Source: Methanosarcinales archaeon
GTDB taxonomy: Archaea > Halobacteriota > Methanosarcinia > Methanosarcinales > Methanocomedenaceae
Reading direction: 5' to 3'
NCBI GenBank assembly: GCA_021108405.1
Contig: JAIOQW010000163.1
Location: 1 to 59,049, forward strand
Length of the DNA stretch: 59,049 nucleotides
Both the position numbers and the translations under genes were made by a program. The notes under the pieces are model-generated. The model searched no databases. It saw nothing but the letters and a program-made list of their open reading frames with translations, and was not told the origin of the DNA. This document shows positions 9,441 to 17,582 of the stretch, piece after piece. Each line of letters begins with the position of its first letter. Position 1 is the first letter of the stretch.

Positions 9441-10476
9441 ATTTCACGACCGCAAAAAGGAAATCAAAGAGATCATGAACATATTGGACACAGAGCCATC
9501 TCTGATCACCTTCATCTACGGACCGATAAACAGTGGAAAGACCACGATGATCAGCCACCTGATAGAACAACTACCAGAGGATTATGCGCCATTCTATATT
9601 AATCTCCGGGGTAGGTTCATAACAGATTATGAAGATTTCCTAAACGTATTATTCGAGATTGACGAAAAAGGTGTGGTTGATAATGTCACTGAGTACGCAA
9701 GATCAATGTTAAATGATCTGGGGACCGTTAGTGGAATTCCAATACCAGTTAATCTATTTGAACAAATCTTTGAAAAAAAGGATAAAAGTAAAGATATGTT
9801 CAAATATATAGAACAATTTTTTACAGAAATATCAAAGAACCGTGTACCTGTCCTGATCATCGATGAGTTGCAGGTAATTGGTGATCTGAAGATCGATGGA
9901 TTGTTGATATATAAATTATTCAACTTTTTCATACGATTGACAAAGGAGTTACATCTCTGTCATATCTTTGCGGTTTCATCAGATTCACTCTTTATCGAGC
10001 AGGTTTATAGTGAGGCGATGTTGCAAGGGCGCAGCCGGCATCTACTGGTCGATGACTTTAATAAGGTCGATACAATGGATTTTCTTAACAAGCATAACTT
10101 CAGCGATAAGGAGAAAGAACTTACATGGAATTGCTGCGGTGGCAAACCAATATGTTTGGTTGAGCTTGCGAATGCAAAAATGAATGGAAAAGATATCGAG
10201 AGCGAGGCTAAAATGTTAGTAAAGATTAGAACTAGCCAGATACTTTCGATATTTGATGAAATATCACTTGGAAAAGTAGAACATTCAGAAAAGGATATAA
10301 TAGAGGAGTTTAAGAATTTTGAAAAAGAAGAGATAATACAATATGCTAGAGTAAATGAAAGAAAAATTTTTTTAGTTGGAAGAAATGTGTTGTTCATTGA
10401 CCCGGTGCAAAGAACAATTAAGCCACAGTCGAAGTTGAACCTGCTCGCAATACGAGAGGTCATAAACAGTGAATAA
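9427..10476 (+). CDS. MJ-type archaeal ATPase (ATPase_2)
   Basis: N-terminal ~210 aa near-identical to 8364-9440; C-terminus resembles 4700-5467. Confidence 0.9.
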   Translation: MKRIKFHDRKKEIKEIMNILDTEPSLITFIYGPINSGKTTMISHLIEQLPEDYAPFYINLRGRFITDYEDFLNVLFEIDEKGVVDNVTEYARSMLNDLGTVSGIPIPVNLFEQIFEKKDKSKDMFKYIEQFFTEISKNRVPVLIIDELQVIGDLKIDGLLIYKLFNFFIRLTKELHLCHIFAVSSDSLFIEQVYSEAMLQGRSRHLLVDDFNKVDTMDFLNKHNFSDKEKELTWNCCGGKPICLVELANAKMNGKDIESEAKMLVKIRTSQILSIFDEISLGKVEHSEKDIIEEFKNFEKEEIIQYARVNERKIFLVGRNVLFIDPVQRTIKPQSKLNLLAIREVINSE

Positions 10477-11833
10477 AATATATCGAATATGGATGGTACC
10501 TTTTAGTATCATAACAATACTACTGATCATATCAATAGCATCCGCAACCGATTCTCCCCTTGATACAGTTCAGGTCTATGCTCTCGGACCAAAAGACACA
10601 GGTTCATCAGTTGAATCTTCAATAATCCTTGAAAAAGACAGCGAATATTGCATCGTGGTCTCTGGCGTCTTCCAGTTTCGAAGAGATGTTGACTGGGGCC
10701 GGGCAGATGCGCAGTTTCGTATGGGCAATGGGGGTGCATATACTTACTCGTTCAACTCGATCGAGTTCAATGGAAAGCGGATGAATGCAGCAATAAGTGA
10801 TGTCGAGAATCACACATACACATTCTATCACACAGGTGATGGTGAAAAGATCAGGTTCAGTATTTATGACTGCATTATCACTCATGAGCGAGGTGGATAC
10901 GATAACAATGCAGGAATGCTCTTAGTTGAGATATATCCACTAACAACACTTTCTGTAACAAAACTACCATCACCGCATACTATCGAGAAAGGAGATACGT
11001 CAACGATAATCGTGACTGTGAAAAACACAGCTCCAAAAGGAATGGGCGAGTTAAAGGATATCGAAGTGACTGATTCCTGTCCTTCGGGTTTCACACTGAT
11101 AAGCGGTGATGTGCATGCGCAGTATCAGGTACTCAAACCAGATGAGTCACGCACACTCCAATATGTCATAAAACCTACTCAGAGCGGTACATTCAACCTT
11201 GAGCCAGCCAGGGTCTTATACTATGATGAGAGTGGAGAAAATCATACTAAAAGATCAGATACTGCAACACTTACAGTTGTATCATCCCCGGGACTGCAAC
11301 CCACAGCACCACCTAACGCAAGTGTGAAATTACACGGCGAGAGGACTGATGTAGGGATCGGAGATGATATTTTACTCAAGCTCTCGGCTGTGAACCTGAT
11401 AACAAAGCCGGTAATGCATGTTCAAATAATTATCATTCCACCGTCCGGAATGAGTGTAGCATCATCAGGTTTTGTTATGTCAGGAGCCGGGCAGTTCACT
11501 TCTGACTATGAAATTGATCCTGGCGTGGGCAGGGACATTGAGGTCAGGATCGTGGCAAACCAGATAGGCAATTATACAGTGGAAGGAAGGGTGATCTATT
11601 ATTTCGAAGATGATGTCGAGAATGCCGAAGACTATACACTACGTTTACCGATCAGGGTAAGGTCTGTCGGTATAGAGTCAACAATAGCCACATCCACACC
11701 CAAACCTACATCCGATGGTCATGGCATAATACCAGGGTTGCCAGGATTTACTGGTGTGATTATGTTGATCGTAGTGATGATTGTAACTGTTTTAATAAGA
11801 GGAAGAAAAAAACAAAAACGAGATCAATTTTAA
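10469..11833 (+). CDS. Surface protein: putative lectin-like N-domain, two Ig-like (BatD/DUF11-like) domains, PGF-CTERM
   Basis: Signal peptide; C-terminal half homologous to 5460-7307; LPGF + TM + basic tail; GTG start. Confidence 0.8.
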   Translation: MNKIYRIWMVPFSIITILLIISIASATDSPLDTVQVYALGPKDTGSSVESSIILEKDSEYCIVVSGVFQFRRDVDWGRADAQFRMGNGGAYTYSFNSIEFNGKRMNAAISDVENHTYTFYHTGDGEKIRFSIYDCIITHERGGYDNNAGMLLVEIYPLTTLSVTKLPSPHTIEKGDTSTIIVTVKNTAPKGMGELKDIEVTDSCPSGFTLISGDVHAQYQVLKPDESRTLQYVIKPTQSGTFNLEPARVLYYDESGENHTKRSDTATLTVVSSPGLQPTAPPNASVKLHGERTDVGIGDDILLKLSAVNLITKPVMHVQIIIIPPSGMSVASSGFVMSGAGQFTSDYEIDPGVGRDIEVRIVANQIGNYTVEGRVIYYFEDDVENAEDYTLRLPIRVRSVGIESTIATSTPKPTSDGHGIIPGLPGFTGVIMLIVVMIVTVLIRGRKKQKRDQF

Positions 11834-11852
11834 TTCATTGGAGGAAGTATAA

Positions 11853-13889
11853 ATGAAATCAGGAATTCAGAAACAAATAAGATCATTTCGGAGTATCCGA
11901 AGAAGTTGTATATGCCTGATCGCACTTGCAATATTTTCAGGGTGTATATGTATACCGGATGCGGCAGCACAAGCCCCAACCACTATCGACTATATTCACA
12001 TCACAACTAATGTGAACAATGGCTATGCTATAACCACTGTGGAAGAGAAACTCACCAATCCCCACGACACTCCGACAGATGATGAGTTCAGGTTCCTGAT
12101 CCCTGATGATGCATTCATCTCAGGTTTTTCTATATTTGTCGATGGAGTTGAATACAAAGCAGATGTTCTCTTAAAAGAAGAGGCAGATGAGCAGTTTGAG
12201 CAGGCAGTTTCAGAAGGAAAGACTGCAGGCCTTCTAAAGGTAAAAAAAGAGAATATATTCTCATATTCACTGAGTTTTACACCTCACCAGAGTATTACTA
12301 TCCGTTTGACATATGAACAACCAATTAAAAAGATACTTGGTGAATATGAATACATTTTATCATTACGAGAAACCGATGTGGCACATCATGTACCTGATCT
12401 TCTGGTAAACATTACAGTGACATCAGTGAATAAGATCAACACACTGGAAACTCCTGGATTTAAAGAGGCAAACGTGAAATACCTCTCCCCTACGAAAGCA
12501 CGGGTCACTTACAGTGCAACGATGCTTCCGGACAGGGACTTAAGAGTTATTTTTACCACTGATAACACATCACTAAATGGAGAGATGCTCTTCTATGAAA
12601 CAGGTGGGCAGGGTTATTTGATGCATGTTTTCTCACCATCGCAGGAGGACCTGGGGACCACGGCTCTTAGTAAAGAGATCATTTTTGTGGTCGATAAGTC
12701 AGGCTCTATGAGAGGTACCAAAATGGTACAGGTTAAACAGGTCTTTACAGGCATTATCACAGACCTTCCACCTGACGACTACTTCAATATTATTTTCTTT
12801 GAGAGTGATGTTATAACGTTTCGGGATTCACTCATGGAAGCAAACACACAGACAAAGGCAGATGCAGCGAACTTTGTTAACATGCTCGGCGCAGGTGGTG
12901 GCACGAATATTAACGAAGCACTGCTTCAAGCAGTAAATATGTTTGAGCCTGATTCGAAGCGTGTACCTATCATTGTTTTTCTCACGGACGGAGAGCCTAC
13001 GAATGGCGTAACATCACCTCATGTGATCAGAGACAACGTAAAAAACGCAAATAAGGCAGATGTTTCTATATTCACTATCGCATTTGGGATCGAGGATGAA
13101 GAAAACTATGATTTTCTAAGAGCGCTAAGTCTTGAGAACTATGGTGTAGCAGAACAGTTCGACCTCCATGAAAATTCTGAGACCGAAATGAACACATTCT
13201 ATAAGACAATATCCACACCTGTAATAACTGATATGGACTGGAGCTATACTGATTCATCTGATATCGTGAATACAGGTTACAATACTCTCTTTACAGGATC
13301 AGATGCCATTATACTTGCCAGATACCAGGCAGGTAAGAACAATATAGATTCAAGTATTGATGCAATTACACGCACAGGCAACCATAGCTTTGATGAGACA
13401 TTTTCTGTTGTTACCAAACAAGAGAACAGCTTTATTCCAAAGCTCTGGGCATATACAAAGATAAGGCGGCTGATGGACAGGATGGTTGTAGTAGGTGAGA
13501 CAGATACAGATGCACTAGTATCCGAGATCACTGATCTTTCTTTGGAGTACGGTTTTGTCACTCCATACACATCACTATTTGTGGAAGTACCTGTCTTTGA
13601 AAAGATTAGCACAACAGCCACTGAAACTGACATACCGGTAATGTCAGAAGCGGTACCCGATTCAGCCACTGGTGATAAAACCACTTATAATTCAGCCCCC
13701 AGTCATGGAATGGATCAAACAGGAGAAGCTATGGACTGGGATTCCAGACCAATCGACCAGGAAGTTTCTCCTGCAGAAGCAGTTCCTGATGCAGCACCAA
13801 CAGAACAAGAACCAGGCTTTAGCGCTTTCTTAGCAACTACAGGGATTGTCGCTATTGCATATCTGATGAGAATAAACAGAAAAATTTGA
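11853..13889 (+). CDS. VIT + vWA domain protein (inter-alpha-trypsin inhibitor-like) with PGF-CTERM
   Basis: VIT (IPDDAFISGF, ITIRLTYEQ), MIDAS DKSGSM..GGTNI..LTDG, FVTPYTSL, EPGF + TM + RK. Confidence 0.9.
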   Translation: MKSGIQKQIRSFRSIRRSCICLIALAIFSGCICIPDAAAQAPTTIDYIHITTNVNNGYAITTVEEKLTNPHDTPTDDEFRFLIPDDAFISGFSIFVDGVEYKADVLLKEEADEQFEQAVSEGKTAGLLKVKKENIFSYSLSFTPHQSITIRLTYEQPIKKILGEYEYILSLRETDVAHHVPDLLVNITVTSVNKINTLETPGFKEANVKYLSPTKARVTYSATMLPDRDLRVIFTTDNTSLNGEMLFYETGGQGYLMHVFSPSQEDLGTTALSKEIIFVVDKSGSMRGTKMVQVKQVFTGIITDLPPDDYFNIIFFESDVITFRDSLMEANTQTKADAANFVNMLGAGGGTNINEALLQAVNMFEPDSKRVPIIVFLTDGEPTNGVTSPHVIRDNVKNANKADVSIFTIAFGIEDEENYDFLRALSLENYGVAEQFDLHENSETEMNTFYKTISTPVITDMDWSYTDSSDIVNTGYNTLFTGSDAIILARYQAGKNNIDSSIDAITRTGNHSFDETFSVVTKQENSFIPKLWAYTKIRRLMDRMVVVGETDTDALVSEITDLSLEYGFVTPYTSLFVEVPVFEKISTTATETDIPVMSEAVPDSATGDKTTYNSAPSHGMDQTGEAMDWDSRPIDQEVSPAEAVPDAAPTEQEPGFSAFLATTGIVAIAYLMRINRKI

Positions 13890-13924
13890 GTGATAATAGC
13901 AGAATCTGGCAGGAGAGAAACAGC

Positions 13925-14992
13925 ATGAGACATATAGAATTTCATGATAGGGAAAAAGAGATAACAGAGATAATGAGGTTACTCAACACAGATCCATCCC
14001 TGATTACCTTTATTTATGGACCGATAAATAGCGGAAAGACTGAACTGATCACCCATTTGACTAAACAACTACCAGAGAACTATGTTGTTTTTTATATAAA
14101 TCTTCGAGGGAAGTTCATATCAAGTTACGATGACTTTGTAAGGGCTTTATTCAAATTGGATCGCGAAGAGAAGGAATATAAAGCAATATTAAAAAAGATA
14201 TCGGAAGTATCGATAAAAAGTCTGAAGTATACTGGAATACCCATAACTGAAGACATTCTGGAATTATTTTTTAGAGAAAGAAATTATGAAGACGTTTTTG
14301 AGTTTCTAGAAGATTATTTTACCGAAATAGCAGAAAATAAAGTTCCTGTGTTGATAGTGGATGAACTGCAGAAAATTGGAGATGTTAAGATTAATTCATT
14401 TCTGATTTACGAACTCTTCAATCTGTTTATTCGGTTGACAAAAGAGTTACATCTCTGCCACGTCTTTGCGGTTTCATCAGATTCGATCTTCATTGAAAAT
14501 GTCTACAGTGAAGCGATGCTTGAGGGTAGATGTAGGTATCTACTGGTGGATGATTTTGATGAGGAGACCACTACCGCATTTTTAGATAATTATGAATTTA
14601 GCGATGATGAGAAGACGGTTGCCTGGAAATACTGCGGTGGCAAACCGATATGTCTGGTTGAACTCGTGAATATACCAGATGATCGAAAAAACAAGGCAAA
14701 GGAGATGCTCAAGATAAGAAAGGGGCAAATAGAAGAGGTTGTGTATTCGCTTGAAGCGAGGGATAAGAAGATGTTTGACATGATAACAAGAATACTTTTT
14801 GAATTTATCGAGAAGGATAAGGTCGGATACAAATATCTAAACGATGAAATTAAGTTTCTGGTCGGGAAAAACATTATTTTTGCAGATTCAGTAAATAAAG
14901 AATTGAGACCACAATCCAGGTTAAATCTACTTGCTATACGGGAAGTGATGTTATCGATAACTACAACACTGGAATCCACATCTCATCAATAA
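13925..14992 (+). CDS. MJ-type archaeal ATPase (ATPase_2)
   Basis: MRHIEFHDRE start by alignment with paralogs; GPINSGKT, IVDELQ, CGGKP. Confidence 0.9.
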   Translation: MRHIEFHDREKEITEIMRLLNTDPSLITFIYGPINSGKTELITHLTKQLPENYVVFYINLRGKFISSYDDFVRALFKLDREEKEYKAILKKISEVSIKSLKYTGIPITEDILELFFRERNYEDVFEFLEDYFTEIAENKVPVLIVDELQKIGDVKINSFLIYELFNLFIRLTKELHLCHVFAVSSDSIFIENVYSEAMLEGRCRYLLVDDFDEETTTAFLDNYEFSDDEKTVAWKYCGGKPICLVELVNIPDDRKNKAKEMLKIRKGQIEEVVYSLEARDKKMFDMITRILFEFIEKDKVGYKYLNDEIKFLVGKNIIFADSVNKELRPQSRLNLLAIREVMLSITTTLESTSHQ

Positions 14993-15033
14993 AAGGCAAT
15001 TGTTTTATAATTTATAAACAAACCTAATCTATT

Positions 15034-15297
15034 ATGTTCAATTTAGAGTTATGTATCAGATTTCTGATTGGACTTTTCTTCCTCTATGCATGCATATATG
15101 CGGTCAGGTCCGTCAAAATCGATTACTGGAAGCAGTGCTGGTATGTTATCCTACTTGGAAGTATAATCCATATGACCTATATCATAGCTGCTTTTATGGA
15201 ATTTACTTATGCAGGCCATTTAAGAAATCTTGGAATGGGAATTGTGGCGATCGGGATCATAATGGTTGCAAGACGTACTAAAGATATTTTAAGATGA
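15034..15297 (+). CDS. Small three-TM membrane protein
   Basis: 87 aa with three hydrophobic stretches. Confidence 0.6.
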   Translation: MFNLELCIRFLIGLFFLYACIYAVRSVKIDYWKQCWYVILLGSIIHMTYIIAAFMEFTYAGHLRNLGMGIVAIGIIMVARRTKDILR

Positions 15298-15313
15298 TCG
15301 AATAACCATATGA

Positions 15314-16003
15314 TCAAATAATAATGATCCCTTCATCAGTGATCTTGTAATTGGCACTTATATGATCACATCCCATCATCGCTTCAACAGTTATCTTTTT
15401 ACCGTCCATATGCACAATATTATCTACCGTTGCCTTTAACATAGTCTCTATCTGTGAATCTACCACTCCTTCCGTATAGGTGATTATACCTGTACTTCCA
15501 GCCAATTTTATCCTCATAGTATATGATTTAAGTACCCGGATCATAAGTATTGGTGAATTATAGGCAAAAAGGGTAGTTGCAGAATCAAGGATCGATCTGA
15601 ATGTATGTGTTTTTTGGAAGATGGACTGTAGTTCTTCAATAATCTCACTGATGATCTCAGTTGGATTCTGCGGTGAAGAGATCTTGAATGAAGCAGTCTC
15701 TTTTTGTACAGACCCGATTGACCCTGATGCAATATCCATTACATAAAGCTGCTTTTTAGTAAAATAGTCATGAATAAACCATTTGAAGTACATCATTGTC
15801 TCTTCAAGCTGTGGAAGATTATAATCTGTCATTATATAAAGGCAGTATTCATCGTCAGTTATTGCCTGGTGCAGGAACTGGTAACAAAATATGGACTTAC
15901 CTGTCTTTGGTGGCCCGTATACCAATGTAATAGTATTATTAGGGAATCCACCGCCAATTAATTCATCAAGACCTGCGATCCCTGATCTGGTAGATTGTAT
16001 CAT
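15314..16003 (-). CDS. KaiC/RAD55-like RecA-fold ATPase
   Basis: SGIAGLDELIGGGFP, Walker A GPPKTGKS, ILDS Walker B. Confidence 0.9.
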   Translation of the reverse strand: MIQSTRSGIAGLDELIGGGFPNNTITLVYGPPKTGKSIFCYQFLHQAITDDEYCLYIMTDYNLPQLEETMMYFKWFIHDYFTKKQLYVMDIASGSIGSVQKETASFKISSPQNPTEIISEIIEELQSIFQKTHTFRSILDSATTLFAYNSPILMIRVLKSYTMRIKLAGSTGIITYTEGVVDSQIETMLKATVDNIVHMDGKKITVEAMMGCDHISANYKITDEGIIII

Positions 16004-16011
16004 TTTTGTTA

Positions 16012-17196
16012 TTATACTCTGTATATAAGATCAAAAAGCGCATTAAGCGTCTGATTGATCCCCTTATTTTTCTTTACTGAAACTGGCACTATATGTACAT
16101 CTTCCCATAATGCCATACGTTTTTTTATCTCCTCCGGCCGCATAGCACCAGAGAGGTCCTGCTTATTAGCAACAATTATCTTTGGTATTACCTCTGCCCG
16201 GCACATATTTATCATTTCCTTTGCACGGGCAAAGGTATTTGGTTGGGTTGAGTCAATTACAATAAAGGCACCGATCGCTTCTCTTGCCAGCGGCTCAAGT
16301 AATAGATCAAACCGTTCCTGACCAGGTGTGCCAAAAATATCAGCAGAAAATCCCTTGTAATCAACATGTCCGATATCAAGTCCAACCGTAGTTGGAAATA
16401 GTTCATATGCCTGCCTTTCTACCGAGACAGCATCCTGGGAGATCGCATGAACAAATGCTGTCTTTCCTGCATTGTAGGGTCCGGTTACTAACAGCTTTGG
16501 AATAAATACTTTAACTCCTCCGGGCATTACCAGTTCGAAAAACGTTTTAGTCCTGGATATTGTACTCCAACTGGACTTTACCACTACATAGACCTGTCTG
16601 TACATCACTCTTTCTTCTATACCGAAAAGTTCTATCTCACAGTTGAACAGATCTATCAGTTGTTCTATCATCCGGTCCTCATAATCCCATCTGGTAAATA
16701 TATATATCATATTGACATCGTGCTTGTTAGCAGCTTCATTCCATGTTTTGATCAATTCCATTGTGTTATTTGCACCAATAGAATCAATTAATGTGGCTAC
16801 ATTTTCGATCACTGCCGTACCACCGGCAATGTCGTTGATCGCACATAATACGGTATCTTTACTTTTATTAAAATCATCAATGCAGTATTTACCGATCGGT
16901 GGTACTCCCATCATAGGGGAGATGGAATCAACAAAGAATAACTGGCCTGACTGCAGAGGTGTCATAATATCCCATCCGTATTTGTCAAATACCCGCGAAA
17001 TCTCAGCAGGTGTACGGGTATTAGTATATATAAATCCGATCTCTTTATTATTGCGTATACGCTGGGCAATGATCTGATAACCGAAAATATCACATAGCAT
17101 ACCTGGTATTGCATTGAATAATACTGATGTTCCAGGTGGTGTACCCCCTTTCAGGATATCATCCAGTCGCGGAATATAGGTTTTTTTCATATCCAT
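16012..17196 (-). CDS. Fusion of degenerate KaiC-like domain and MglA/CvnD-like small GTPase
   Basis: N-term IPRLDDILKGGTP with broken P-loop (AIPGMLCD); C-term G1 GPYNAGKT, G2 PTTVGLD, G3 GTPGQERF, G4 NKQD. Confidence 0.85.
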   Translation of the reverse strand: MDMKKTYIPRLDDILKGGTPPGTSVLFNAIPGMLCDIFGYQIIAQRIRNNKEIGFIYTNTRTPAEISRVFDKYGWDIMTPLQSGQLFFVDSISPMMGVPPIGKYCIDDFNKSKDTVLCAINDIAGGTAVIENVATLIDSIGANNTMELIKTWNEAANKHDVNMIYIFTRWDYEDRMIEQLIDLFNCEIELFGIEERVMYRQVYVVVKSSWSTISRTKTFFELVMPGGVKVFIPKLLVTGPYNAGKTAFVHAISQDAVSVERQAYELFPTTVGLDIGHVDYKGFSADIFGTPGQERFDLLLEPLAREAIGAFIVIDSTQPNTFARAKEMINMCRAEVIPKIIVANKQDLSGAMRPEEIKKRMALWEDVHIVPVSVKKNKGINQTLNALFDLIYRV

Positions 17197-17200
17197 TATC

Positions 17201-17578
17201 CTATACCTCTTCCAGTATCTCCTGAACCTGTTTGGCCCTTATCTCGATCTCGACTGTGATCAGACCAAGCTGGGCTTCTACCTGCGCCAGTGCAAAGAAT
17301 AGTGCCTTTTCTCCCGAAGGCTTTAACAATAATACACCGTGTTCGGTCTTTACATTAACCTCTGCTACTTCTCCGGTTCCCATTTGCGAACTTGCTGTCT
17401 GGGCACTTGCTATAATTGTTGAGCATAGCGCACCGACAATGCGTTCATTCATATCAGGCGGCATTATTGATGTGATCAGCAGTCCTTCAGTACTCACTAT
17501 CCCTGCAGCGCTTACCTGTCCTACCTGCATAAATTTGGCCAGTACCTGATCCAGCTTTTCTTTTTTAGTTTGCACCAT
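17201..17578 (-). CDS. Roadblock/LC7 (MglB-like) protein
   Basis: AAGIVSTEGLLITS..VGALCSTI..AQLGLI; start MVQTK after SD AGGTGA. Confidence 0.9.
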   Translation of the reverse strand: MVQTKKEKLDQVLAKFMQVGQVSAAGIVSTEGLLITSIMPPDMNERIVGALCSTIIASAQTASSQMGTGEVAEVNVKTEHGVLLLKPSGEKALFFALAQVEAQLGLITVEIEIRAKQVQEILEEV

Positions 17579-17582
17579 ACTC

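Noticed and set aside
2018-14992. Diversity-generating retroelement or integron explaining the paralogs
   Set aside because: No reverse transcriptase, integrase or attC-like sites; differences between paralogs are not adenine-specific
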